64,000 nt of DNA. Source: a virus. This document shows, in pieces, positions 9,984-18,735 of the stretch. Under the pieces are notes generated by a model, which did not search any database, was not told the origin of the DNA, and saw only the letters and a program-made list of their open reading frames with translations. How positions within the stretch are numbered: the first letter of the stretch is position 1; each line of letters starts with the position of its first letter. The translations under genes were made by a program, and so were the position numbers. The stretch lies in the IMG/VR virus record IMGVR_UViG_3300048575_000193; one strand, given 5' to 3'.

Positions 9984-11300
9984 ATGCGTATCGAGCTAAC
10001 AATCAAAGTGACATACCTACCTACCTGGGGAGCTTATGAGGGGTTGCGCGAGCTGATTCAAAACGCCCGCGACGCAGAGGTGGAGCACAATGCCCCGATG
10101 TCCGTGGCCTACCAAGGCGGCAAGGTCGTTATCACCAATGAGGGCTCAACCCTCGACAAGCGGGACCTCCTCCTCGGTCAGACCACCAAGGTTGGCCGCG
10201 CTGACCTCATCGGCAAATTCGGAGAGGGCCTCAAGCTCGGCGTCCTTGCCCTTGTTCGCGCGGGGCACGCCGTCCGTATCGTCACCGGAGGCGAATCCTG
10301 GATCCCCGTCATCGAGAATTCCGAAACCTTCAACGAGCCGGTCTTGGTCTTCAAGACCCGCACGCTCCAGAACACCTACAACCGCGTCTCGATCGAGATT
10401 GACGACATCAGCCGCGAGGATTGGAAGCTGATGCGGAAAAACTTCCTCTTCCTCGAGGACGAAGGCACCACGGTCCAAACCGGCAACGGCACGATCCTCA
10501 TCAACCCCGAGAACAAGGGCCGCGTCTTCGTCCGAGGCATCTTTGTTCAGTACATGCCCGACTTGGCCTACGGCTACAACCTCAATGAGGCTGACCTTGA
10601 CCGCGACCGGCGTATGGTTGAATCCTGGGACCTCAACTATCGCATCTGCGCCATTTGGCAGGAAGCCGTCAACCGCCGCCCCGACCTATTCGAGAACTTC
10701 ACGGCCATGCTTGAGGATTCAGCCCGTGACTTGAGCGGGATCGATGAATACGCGGCGGGCTTCATGGACCGAGAACTTCGGCAGCAAGTCACCTCCGCCT
10801 TCATCTCCCGGCACGGTCAAGACGCCGTCCCCGTATCCAACCTCGCGGAGTCTGCTGAGATCGGCCACCTCGGCAAGCAAGGCATCGTCGTGAACAAGCC
10901 CCTGGGTGCAATCCTACGGAGCATCATGGGGACCACGGACGTCATCAAGGAGAAGCTCCGAAACGAGGCGACCGTGATCTACGGCTGGCACGCCTTGAGC
11001 CTCGATGCGCAAACACACCTCAAGCGGGCCATCGCTCTTCTTGAGCAGGCGGGGGAAGCGATCGGCTTGGCCGACATCGACGTCACGGATTTCCGCGACC
11101 CTGACATCCACGGGATGTGCAAGGACGGCCGCATCCTCCTTGCCAAGAAGGCTCTGGACACACAGAAGCAAGCGCTCCAAGTCCTCATCCACGAGCTTGC
11201 CCACAAGACCTCGGGGAGCGGCGACGGCACCAAGGCGCATGTCAGCGAGATTGAGCGCCTCTGGTCAAACGTCGCCGAGATCCTTCTCAATGCGAATTGA
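9984..11300 (+). CDS. GHKL (HATPase) ATPase with C-terminal HExxH metallopeptidase-like motif
   Basis: RELIQNARDA (N box), GKFGEGLKLG (G box), VLIHELAH. Confidence 0.8.
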   Translation: MRIELTIKVTYLPTWGAYEGLRELIQNARDAEVEHNAPMSVAYQGGKVVITNEGSTLDKRDLLLGQTTKVGRADLIGKFGEGLKLGVLALVRAGHAVRIVTGGESWIPVIENSETFNEPVLVFKTRTLQNTYNRVSIEIDDISREDWKLMRKNFLFLEDEGTTVQTGNGTILINPENKGRVFVRGIFVQYMPDLAYGYNLNEADLDRDRRMVESWDLNYRICAIWQEAVNRRPDLFENFTAMLEDSARDLSGIDEYAAGFMDRELRQQVTSAFISRHGQDAVPVSNLAESAEIGHLGKQGIVVNKPLGAILRSIMGTTDVIKEKLRNEATVIYGWHALSLDAQTHLKRAIALLEQAGEAIGLADIDVTDFRDPDIHGMCKDGRILLAKKALDTQKQALQVLIHELAHKTSGSGDGTKAHVSEIERLWSNVAEILLNAN

Positions 11301-11302
11301 GG

Positions 11303-11327
11303 TTGATCGCTGCCAGCCCCCAGCATA
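11303..11327 (+). promoter_or_regulatory. Class I motif TTGATC-N12-CAGCATA
   Basis: 8 nt before ATG 11336. Confidence 0.75.
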
Positions 11328-11335
11328 CTAGGGGC

Positions 11336-11620
11336 ATGATGAACCTCGAAGCCACCCACAACGCCAACATCAAGAGCACCATCAAAGCCAAGGCCGAGGC
11401 AGCCCACGCAGCGTACCCCCAGTACAAAAACCACTGGAACGGCTGGGCCTTGGTTCAAGTGACCAAGATCATCAAGACCAAATTCGGGGTGGCCTTCTTG
11501 AAGGGCGAGATGAGCCTTGGGAAGTACGAGCCCGAGACGGGCTTCTGGACGGTCTACAGCGTGAGCAACAAGATCGATACCTCGGTCAACGCCAAGCACG
11601 TCAAGGTCATCTCGGCCTAG
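11336..11620 (+). CDS. Hypothetical protein (MMNLEA start)
   Basis: 94 aa, leaderless-type start. Confidence 0.7.
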   Translation: MMNLEATHNANIKSTIKAKAEAAHAAYPQYKNHWNGWALVQVTKIIKTKFGVAFLKGEMSLGKYEPETGFWTVYSVSNKIDTSVNAKHVKVISA

Positions 11621-11868
11621 AGCCTACCCTCATAGTAGTCCTGCCACATTGCATCCCAGAATTCATGGTGCTCCTCAGCGCAAGCCCGACACAAGGGGAC
11701 GGGCGCATTCGGATCCGGAGGAGGCTCCCCTATGAGGTGGTCGAAGAAGTCAGGCTCGGGTTGAGCATACTCCGTCCTGGCATCCTCAAGCTGAATGCCC
11801 TCGGCTGCCCCACACCGGGCGCACACGGCGTCAGGATCTGCCAAGCAACCTCTGACGCAAGGCATCAC
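11617..11868 (-). CDS. Small Cys-rich protein with internal DFFDHL motif
   Basis: CxxC pairs, PEPDFFDHLIGE. Confidence 0.6.
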   Translation of the reverse strand: MMPCVRGCLADPDAVCARCGAAEGIQLEDARTEYAQPEPDFFDHLIGEPPPDPNAPVPLCRACAEEHHEFWDAMWQDYYEGRL

Positions 11869-12241
11869 CGTCCCCCTTGCAGACCGTCAGCATCCCCGCC
11901 AACCCGCCTCGGTTCCAAACCCGCACAACGTCATGACTCCCGACCGTCTCGACCGTGACGCTGGAGACCAGCCCAGCATCCTTGCCCGTGGGCTCGGGCA
12001 AGATGTCGTCCGCCATGAGCCTATCGAACGCCGTTTGCTCTTCCCGTGCCATCTCATCCTCAATGGGAGCGAAGTCCTCCCGGAATTGTGTAGCGTCTAC
12101 GGCCGACACCCTTCCGTTGTTTCGGATCGTGATGTAAGGGTACCCGTACATGTCCTCTTCGGTTGTATCGATTACCTCGTAGACCACGCCTGGGAAGTGT
12201 GGATTCTCCCAGAGGCTACCTACTGTGACGGGTGTCGGCAT
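11831..12241 (-). CDS. Hypothetical protein (VGSLW domain + AFDRLMADD motif)
   Basis: 136 aa. Confidence 0.65.
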   Translation of the reverse strand: MPTPVTVGSLWENPHFPGVVYEVIDTTEEDMYGYPYITIRNNGRVSAVDATQFREDFAPIEDEMAREEQTAFDRLMADDILPEPTGKDAGLVSSVTVETVGSHDVVRVWNRGGLAGMLTVCKGDGDALRQRLLGRS

Positions 12242-12290
12242 GGTGCCCTCGGCAGGAGTTGAACCCGCGACGCGCGGTTCTTGGACATCT
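12241..12290 (-). pseudogene. 3' half of a tRNA (T arm + acceptor 3' strand + ACCA) with no adjacent 5' half
   Basis: GCGGG-TTCAACT-CCTGC CGAGGGC A CCA, preceded by GTCCAAG AACCG. Confidence 0.7.
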
Positions 12291-12294
12291 CATG

Positions 12295-12386
12295 TGGTGG
12301 GCTCGGAGGGATTCGAACCCTCGTTGGCGGTATTACCCTGCGGCTGGGTTAAAATCAGCTACCTTCGACCACTAGGTGACGAGCCC
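12295..12386 (-). tRNA. Type II tRNA with Tyr-like body and anticodon TTA (ochre suppressor), CCA encoded
   Basis: Acceptor GGGCTCG/CGAGCCC, A73, CCA. D arm ACC/GGT with AGTGG. Anticodon arm GCTGA-TT TTA AC-CCAGC. 20-nt variable arm. T arm GAGGG-TTCGAAT-CCCTC. Confidence 0.9.
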
Positions 12387-13038
12387 GCATGTGCTTCCGT
12401 ACTGCATTGTCTGATACACCGAGCGCACGTGCAACCGCCAAGAAAGATGACTCCCGGACACGCCTTAGAAGCTCTGCATCCGGGGGCCACTCCGCCTTTG
12501 GGGGCTGGTTTCGAGCCTTAACCGAGCACGACTTGCAAGCCGTGCTTCGACGTTGGATCACGGCACCGCAAGAGCACCTCTTGTGATCCTTGTAGATGCG
12601 CCGGTTCCCACCACAATAGGTCTCCGTTTGGGAATCGCAGTTGGGACACAGGAAGCGCAAATTGGTGATCCTGTGATCCGTGCGTACGCCGTTCACGTGA
12701 TCTAACCGAAGAACTAAGGGGCGCCCATTCCACTCTGGGTCACGTCCACAAAGGGCGCACGTGTAGGGGATCAGGCGCTCTCGAAGCACAACCCGTTTGA
12801 CGACACTTGTAGCATGTACGCCATTTTCGATCAGCACTTGGGAGGATCCGACTTTCGGAAGGACCCTCCCAGCCCCGTTCCAATGGGACGTGTCAAGCCC
12901 AAGCCTGGCCGCTTCTCTTTTGACCAGCTCGACATTATTCCCCCCGACCGCCCGACCCAACAGGCGAACAAGATTTGAAGGAGACCGGCTAAGAGCCGCA
13001 AGCCGCGTGAACTCGACGTCATCACAGAAATAGCTCAT
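12355..13038 (-). CDS. HNH endonuclease (free-standing, homing-type)
   Basis: CALC, LRLDHVNGVRTDHRITNLRFLCPNCDSQT, C-terminal HTH-like LAVARALGVSDNAVRK. Overlaps the tRNA 5' end by 32 nt. Confidence 0.9.
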   Translation of the reverse strand: MSYFCDDVEFTRLAALSRSPSNLVRLLGRAVGGNNVELVKREAARLGLDTSHWNGAGRVLPKVGSSQVLIENGVHATSVVKRVVLRERLIPYTCALCGRDPEWNGRPLVLRLDHVNGVRTDHRITNLRFLCPNCDSQTETYCGGNRRIYKDHKRCSCGAVIQRRSTACKSCSVKARNQPPKAEWPPDAELLRRVRESSFLAVARALGVSDNAVRKHMRARHLVVEGS

Positions 13039-13089
13039 ACCCAGAACATAACACCGTTCTGGGTTCGAGTCAACCGATGACGATTTCCG

Positions 13090-13114
13090 TTGATCGTAAG
13101 AAGGCTCCGGCATT
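13090..13114 (+). promoter_or_regulatory. Class I motif TTGATC-N12-CGGCATT
   Basis: 8 nt before ATG 13123. Confidence 0.75.
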
Positions 13115-13122
13115 AACCCACC

Positions 13123-13581
13123 ATGATGAACACCAACGCCAGCCGCACCGCCAAGATCGAAAACCTCGCCAAGGCCCTCCGCGCGGAAGGCATCGATACG
13201 GACGCCCTTCACTTCGAAATCACCAAGATGGAAGCGGAGAGCCGCGAAGAAGCCGACGAAGACGGCCGCTACACTGTGACCGAGTACCGAGGGACCTGCA
13301 CGATCGTGATTAGCGAATGCATCAAGGCGACCATGAACATCGTCGACGACGATGTTGACTGCGAATTCACGGATACCGAGATCCTGATTGCCGACGACGA
13401 TGACGACCTCACGGTTTGGCTTGAGAACTACAACGTCGCCCCCTTGGCCGAGTACCTCACCTTGGTCAATGCCAAGGTGATCGGCGACGCCCAGAGCGAC
13501 GCGCGCTATGAAGAAGCCGACGCCGCCGACTTCAGCCGCGATGCCTACCGCTACTACGGCGTTAGCCGCCGAGACTTCTAA
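13123..13581 (+). CDS. Acidic hypothetical protein
   Basis: 152 aa, phage-like codon usage. Confidence 0.75.
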   Translation: MMNTNASRTAKIENLAKALRAEGIDTDALHFEITKMEAESREEADEDGRYTVTEYRGTCTIVISECIKATMNIVDDDVDCEFTDTEILIADDDDDLTVWLENYNVAPLAEYLTLVNAKVIGDAQSDARYEEADAADFSRDAYRYYGVSRRDF

Positions 13582-13907
13582 GCAAGGGCGAGGGGGAGGG
13601 ACCGTGTGATGGCGCGGGCATCCTCCCCCGGAGCGATTGCGATAGCCGTAAGAGCATCCCCAAAGTCTGGCTCCCGAAAGGCGGAGGCTTCAAGCCCCCG
13701 CCTTTTTGCCTTTCGAAGAACCTCCGCAAGCCGCGCCTCGTTTGGAACGGAGAGCAGGGCGAGGTAGTTGCTCTCCGTATGCCAAGCCCGCGCAGTGTCA
13801 GGGTGCTCCACGTTGAATTGCTGGAGCGCGTGAGCTGCTTGGACCGCCTGCGCCCCGGGCGCGAGGTCCGCCCGGGTCACGAGATAGAGCTTGTCATCCG
13901 GGCGCAT
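13578..13907 (-). CDS. PTH2-type peptidyl-tRNA hydrolase-like protein
   Basis: LYLVTRADLAPGAQAVQAAHA ... FREPDFGDALTAIAIAP. Confidence 0.75.
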   Translation of the reverse strand: MRPDDKLYLVTRADLAPGAQAVQAAHALQQFNVEHPDTARAWHTESNYLALLSVPNEARLAEVLRKAKRRGLEASAFREPDFGDALTAIAIAPGEDARAITRSLPLALA

Positions 13908-14334
13908 CGCCGTTCTCCTTGAGGAATTTTCGGAGCACAGCGACTTGCTGCATGATCTCCCGCGCCTCGTAGACCGCGTTGTTCACCTTGGACTCCGCAG
14001 GGTAGAGCCGGATGCAATGGTCGGTGCAGCAACCCTTGGGGCAGGGCTCCGACCACGTCTCCGACGCATACCAACCCGGGCCTTCCCACGTGACCTCTTG
14101 GACGCGGTACCAATCCTCGTTCCGTCGAAGCCAAACCTTGGCGTCCTCCTCCGTCTTGAACCAACGGAGCGTACAATTCCCAACCTCCGCCTCTTTGCGG
14201 CAAGCGTGCGTCTCGGCATAGTGCCTCTCGACCTGCTCCTTGTGGTCTGCGACGAATTCACACTCGTCGCATCCGTAGGTCGTGATCGTGACGTCCTCGG
14301 CCGGGACGGTCTTCGTTTCAGAGATGGTCCTCAT
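13894..14334 (-). CDS. Hypothetical protein with C2H2-like motif
   Basis: YGCDECEF...VERHYAETH. Confidence 0.65.
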   Translation of the reverse strand: MRTISETKTVPAEDVTITTYGCDECEFVADHKEQVERHYAETHACRKEAEVGNCTLRWFKTEEDAKVWLRRNEDWYRVQEVTWEGPGWYASETWSEPCPKGCCTDHCIRLYPAESKVNNAVYEAREIMQQVAVLRKFLKENGDAPG

Positions 14335-14708
14335 GCAGCCACCTCTTCGGTTGCGGGCATGGCGGGCGCTGCGCCGTCAACCCAGGCTTGAACCATCTCC
14401 TTGGTCACAAGGATCCCAGCCTCCTTGAGAAGGCTGGCGACGGCCCCAGCGTAGGGCTTCGACCCGTGCGCGCGCTCACAAGCGGCGTAGGAGCGCCCCC
14501 GGAGGTACGCAAGAGCGAGGCAGCAGTCACGCCGATCGGATTGGGCGTAGCGCTTCTCACCCCAGAGGTCCATGAGGGCAGCTCCCCGGGCAGGGCTCGA
14601 GGGCTCCATCTTCTTCTCTTGGATGCGGCGACGCGCCTCGTGGGCGGCGGCAACGTGGAGCTTGAGTGTTTCGCGGATCTTGAGAATTGCTTGCTTACGT
14701 GTTGTCAT
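14331..14708 (-). CDS. Hypothetical protein
   Basis: 125 aa from MTTRKQ, SD AGGAG. Confidence 0.7.
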   Translation of the reverse strand: MTTRKQAILKIRETLKLHVAAAHEARRRIQEKKMEPSSPARGAALMDLWGEKRYAQSDRRDCCLALAYLRGRSYAACERAHGSKPYAGAVASLLKEAGILVTKEMVQAWVDGAAPAMPATEEVAA

Positions 14709-14825
14709 CTTCGATCTCCTGTCATTTACTAAAAGACACCGTACAGTCATGGTGGAAAATGACTGGGAGATCGGTGGACCGCGTATTTACCAGAAGTGCA
14801 TCATGGTGGTTGCCTCACCGTAACC

Positions 14826-15227
14826 CTACACCGGAGAGCTGTCAACCTCGTCGAGAAGTTTTCCTTCGGGGAACGCGTGCGAGAATACTCTGGTTGAGGT
14901 CTTGGCGCGTTTGAGCCGGATGACCATATCAAAGGTGCCCTTTCCCAGGTTGGGGTCGTCATGAAAGGCAAGGGCTTCGTCGAAGGGACCCTCCTTGTCG
15001 AGCATCTCCTGATTGCGCAAGCGTCCTGCGGCATTGCCATAGGCGTCCCAGTTAGCCGGGTAGGGTCGGACATCGAAGCCGAGCTTTCTGCCGACCTTGG
15101 CGGCGATACGGTCAGCCCCATGCGCATCACCATGGACGAGGATCGTCCCCTTGGGGTACTTGGCGAGCACCTTGGCCACGAGAGCCTCGTCACACCATTC
15201 TCGTGAGCCGGTCACTAGAATCTTCAT
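14826..15227 (-). CDS. SLOG family protein (DUF2493/YspA-like)
   Basis: KILVTGSREW, LVHGDAHGADRIA, GNAAGRLRNQEML, GKGTFDM. Confidence 0.85.
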   Translation of the reverse strand: MKILVTGSREWCDEALVAKVLAKYPKGTILVHGDAHGADRIAAKVGRKLGFDVRPYPANWDAYGNAAGRLRNQEMLDKEGPFDEALAFHDDPNLGKGTFDMVIRLKRAKTSTRVFSHAFPEGKLLDEVDSSPV

Positions 15228-15236
15228 GTTCAGCCC

Positions 15237-15253
15237 CTACACCAACGGTGTAG
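15237..15253. promoter_or_regulatory. Palindromic pair of class II boxes CTACACC-AAC-GGTGTAG between divergent genes
   Basis: 9 nt to ATG 15227 (-) and 8 nt to ATG 15262 (+). Confidence 0.7.
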
Positions 15254-15261
15254 AACCCCTC

Positions 15262-16797
15262 ATGCCTGCTGATAACCCTGTCCGTGGTGAGGTCTGGAGT
15301 ACACAATCGTTCGAGGGTAACACGATGCTCGGTTGTGTCGCCGCGATATCCTCGGACGGTGACACTGCTCTTCTTATTTCACAAACGGGCCGCAGCACAA
15401 GTATGCCCATCCGGTCCATGCTTCACATGTGGCGGCTCGCGCGAATCACGCCCATACCCCAAGAAGGCGAGATCCAACTCTGTGAAGCACAAGGCTGCCA
15501 AGAGGTCTCCTTCTTGCGGCAGTCCGTTCAGGGCGTCATACGGAGGGTCTGTCACCGGCACATCTCCATCAACCAGCCTACGTACTTCCCCGGGGACGAT
15601 CCCACGTCAACGGTGATCCCGGGCATAACCGCTGCTGCCTCTCGGGAGGAGTTCCCTCCAGGACCGAACCTTTCTTCTTGCCCGTCTTGCGGATCACACC
15701 TTGAGGGCGTCCGCTCAACGTGCCCCCAATGCCAGGCCCAATGGCAGACCCTTGATAGCTCGGTCCCGATGCAGCGTATGGGGGACGCCGTCTCCCAAGC
15801 TCGCCGTCGCCTACGGGTCAACGGCCGTAACGCTACCTTCGTTCGCATGGACGAATCCACGTGCAACCTTGTCGTCTTGGATAACAGCCAGATCCCCCTG
15901 CATGATAGCGGGGGGATGCGTACGCTCGTCACAAGAGGGACCGTTCATGGCGGCGGGCGTATGTTCGCTGGGCTCCCCGTCATAGTCAGCCCAGGCCCCG
16001 TAACGATCGTCGCTGCCAATACGACGAACATCACCATGCCTCAAGGCGATCAATTCATTCGCCTCACGGACTACGTCGCCTATGCGCATCATTCCTTCGG
16101 AGGCTCCGGGCGTATCCTTGACCGCGTAGGGCACCACGTAGGTTCGGAAAGGATCGTCGTCACCCAGGAGGACTTCGAGCGTGGCTTCCGGCCTATCGCC
16201 GACGTGGCGCCACCAAGCGGCTCTATGTGGAGGAACCCCCGATCGGACGGCTCCTTCATCACAGTGAACGGGCACGGTCAAGGCTTGGGCGCTCCTTGTC
16301 AAGTCAACGTCACGGACGAGGCTGGAACCCAGGGGACCATCCCGCTCATGGCCTTCGTGCGTGACTACATCCGGTTCGACGAGGAAGCTGCCCCGCCAAT
16401 CGGAAGCATTTGGGTGTGCCGAGGCAATGGAGCCCTCGTGGTCATCACCGATTCGGACGTCGTCGAAGGGATGCGCCACGTGGCCGTCCGTAACGCTGAC
16501 GGGCACATCTTACGGATGCTGATCCCAGACTTGTGGCGTAACTACACGCAAGTCGAAGAACGCGTGATTCCTCTTGAATGCCACGTGGGTGAAGAGTGGA
16601 TTGACCAAAAGGGAGTGAGCTACACGGTCGCCCTCCTTGACCCTGCTCTGGGCATAGCCACCCTCGAGGATTCAAACGGCATCCGTGTGCAAGCCTCCGC
16701 CAGGGCATTTCTTGAGGGCGGCACGTGGAAGCGTGTGGAGCGAAAGGACGCATTCGAACGACTTGCTAACGAGGACCCGTTTGGGTGGGGGGACTAA
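15262..16797 (+). CDS. Multi-domain hypothetical protein (repeated PxxGxxW units, Zn ribbons, C-terminal DAFERLANED tag)
   Basis: 511 aa. VRGEVW, PPSGSMW, PPIGSIW, HVGEEW, CPSC..CPQC. Confidence 0.75.
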   Translation: MPADNPVRGEVWSTQSFEGNTMLGCVAAISSDGDTALLISQTGRSTSMPIRSMLHMWRLARITPIPQEGEIQLCEAQGCQEVSFLRQSVQGVIRRVCHRHISINQPTYFPGDDPTSTVIPGITAAASREEFPPGPNLSSCPSCGSHLEGVRSTCPQCQAQWQTLDSSVPMQRMGDAVSQARRRLRVNGRNATFVRMDESTCNLVVLDNSQIPLHDSGGMRTLVTRGTVHGGGRMFAGLPVIVSPGPVTIVAANTTNITMPQGDQFIRLTDYVAYAHHSFGGSGRILDRVGHHVGSERIVVTQEDFERGFRPIADVAPPSGSMWRNPRSDGSFITVNGHGQGLGAPCQVNVTDEAGTQGTIPLMAFVRDYIRFDEEAAPPIGSIWVCRGNGALVVITDSDVVEGMRHVAVRNADGHILRMLIPDLWRNYTQVEERVIPLECHVGEEWIDQKGVSYTVALLDPALGIATLEDSNGIRVQASARAFLEGGTWKRVERKDAFERLANEDPFGWGD

Positions 16798-17748
16798 ATG
16801 CCGGTACGTGACCCGCAGATCGGTGAACGCTGGATTCTCAACACAGCAACCCGAGTCATCGCCGCACAAGACACTCCAGCAGTCGCCTTGATTCTAGCCC
16901 GGAGTGATACGAACGTCACGATCATGCAATTCGGGGCGACCCCGGATCGACACTGGATCATCCCGCTTGAGGAGTTCTTCTTCTGGTACAGCTACCTGGC
17001 CCAGCTAACAGGGCGTCAATTTCGCAGCAACACGGGTGACACCCTCGTGGTTGTCGACAGAGACGACGGGAGCACTATCACAATCAGAAGAGCTGACAAT
17101 GACGACCGTGCGACAACCATCTCGTACCAGCTCCACAACTTCCTTGATAGGTTCATCATTGAGGACGTCGTGCGCGCCACCACGCCTTTCGGCGACGTGA
17201 CCCTTGAGGTCCCTCGCGAGATCCGAGACCAGATCCAGCGTGGTCAAGTCCACGGCGTCTCGATGGGGACCAGCGTTCAGATGCAGCTATGTCCCATCTG
17301 CTTTGAGCCACATGAGCCGGGACAATGCACCACCCTCCAAGTCTCCGCGTTCCGGGACGATCCCCCACCTGAACCATCTGAGGGGGTCACTTACATTGTA
17401 AGCGGCAACCCGTCCGGCGCCTGGTATGACCACCCTGACGATATTGTGACCTTCTGGAGAGGGGCGTGGTCATTCACTCAGCCGCGCCTCGGGCAGCGCG
17501 CTCGCATCAACGAGCTTGGAATCGTGTGCCGCTACACGGCGTTAGGGTGGGTCGCTCTCGACGGAGCTGAGATCGTCATGGCCTACAATGGGGAGACGAA
17601 CCGCTTTGAGGAGACCCCGATAGAGCACCCACCGGGAGCGGCGCCTTTCACACAGGTCCCGCTTGTAGGCTTCCAACGAGTCGCTCCTCCGCAGCCTACG
17701 GTGGAACCCCGTGACATCTTCGACCGCCTCATGGATGACGATGACTGA
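16798..17748 (+). CDS. Hypothetical protein (PQIGERW unit, C-terminal DIFDRLMDDDD)
   Basis: 316 aa, in frame directly after the TAA of the previous gene. Confidence 0.75.
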   Translation: MPVRDPQIGERWILNTATRVIAAQDTPAVALILARSDTNVTIMQFGATPDRHWIIPLEEFFFWYSYLAQLTGRQFRSNTGDTLVVVDRDDGSTITIRRADNDDRATTISYQLHNFLDRFIIEDVVRATTPFGDVTLEVPREIRDQIQRGQVHGVSMGTSVQMQLCPICFEPHEPGQCTTLQVSAFRDDPPPEPSEGVTYIVSGNPSGAWYDHPDDIVTFWRGAWSFTQPRLGQRARINELGIVCRYTALGWVALDGAEIVMAYNGETNRFEETPIEHPPGAAPFTQVPLVGFQRVAPPQPTVEPRDIFDRLMDDDD

Positions 17749-18112
17749 CGTGCGCCCAGGGCAAGTCTGGCTCCGCAAGTACCCCGAGGGGCGTCCTCCC
17801 GAGGCTACGGTCCTTTCTGTGGACGCTGAGCACGTCTTCCTTGAGGGTGACGCAACCGCCTGGTGCACATCCGTCTTCCCGGTCCTGTTCAGCTTCATCC
17901 GAGACGACTCCGATATCTTCGATCGCCTCAAGGATGAGGAGCCCTTTCGGATGCGACCCGAGCCACCGCCCCCGCCTCCAAGACCGCTCACGGCAGCCCA
18001 GCAGATCGCTTACGAGATTGATCTTGAGATCCTTGCTCAGCTTGAGCAGGCAGCAATGATCCAGCCTAAGCCCAAAGACGCCTGGGACCTTCTTGAGGAG
18101 GACGACGCTTGA
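17741..18112 (+). CDS. Hypothetical protein (VRPGQVW unit, two tag copies)
   Basis: DIFDRLKDEE and DAWDLLEEDDA. Confidence 0.7.
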   Translation: MTDVRPGQVWLRKYPEGRPPEATVLSVDAEHVFLEGDATAWCTSVFPVLFSFIRDDSDIFDRLKDEEPFRMRPEPPPPPPRPLTAAQQIAYEIDLEILAQLEQAAMIQPKPKDAWDLLEEDDA

Positions 18113-18444
18113 GCTACGGAACGACAGCCACTACTTGGGGCAATAGGCAAGACACGGACACGACGCTCTACACGAACTACGCCCCCGTCTTCGACACCAA
18201 TAAGCCTCTGGCGCGTAACCGGCGCGAGCGGCGCCTTTTGAAGCGTGGCCTACCGAGGCAGGCCAAGGTCTTGTGGCGGGTCTATTTGGAAGCCTGTCGA
18301 GACTTCGACAAGGCTAACGCGGAATTTTGGGACGCCCTGCTTTGTCCGAGACCACCAAGGGTTGTTGACGTCGCCTCAAGAGCGGCAGCTCTACCAAGTC
18401 CGCCACGACGACGGCGATGGCTACCCCAAGCACGATCAAAGTGA
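18109..18444 (+). CDS. Hypothetical basic protein
   Basis: 111 aa, TTG start overlapping the previous stop. Confidence 0.5.
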   Translation: MSYGTTATTWGNRQDTDTTLYTNYAPVFDTNKPLARNRRERRLLKRGLPRQAKVLWRVYLEACRDFDKANAEFWDALLCPRPPRVVDVASRAAALPSPPRRRRWLPQARSK

Positions 18445-18447
18445 ATA

Positions 18448-18735
18448 TCATGCGACCCTCCGAATGCTTGGCCCAACGTGTAGGCCAATCTCCTTGGAGC
18501 ACTCAAGGCAGAAGAAGACCCGGATGACACATCCTGGAGTCTTGAGCGTCTCCAGCGCAACCCAATCCCCTACAAAGATCGGGGATTGACATCGGTGGCA
18601 GCTTGCCCGACCGCTCCCTCCGCAAGCCGGGCAGTAGATGAGGTTCTTACCCGCGCACACAGAGCACGCAAACCGTGGGCGTTTAGCGCGGGGCATGGGG
18701 ATGCTCTCGCTTGTAGATCGCGCGTTCCTTGTCAC
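18448..18735 (-). CDS. Small Zn-finger protein (start uncertain)
   Basis: Four CxxC pairs. Confidence 0.55.
   Translation of the reverse strand: MTRNARSTSESIPMPRAKRPRFACSVCAGKNLIYCPACGGSGRASCHRCQSPIFVGDWVALETLKTPGCVIRVFFCLECSKEIGLHVGPSIRRVA

Noticed and set aside
13073-13105. Possible 5' half of the orphan tRNA (GCCTTCT-TA-CGAT...ATCG...CGGTT, minus strand), which would imply a split or intron-containing tRNA
   Set aside because: Only 6 of 7 acceptor pairs form, there are 4 nt instead of 1 between the D and anticodon stems, the apparent D stem overlaps the class I promoter of the opposite gene, and no group I intron core was recognised
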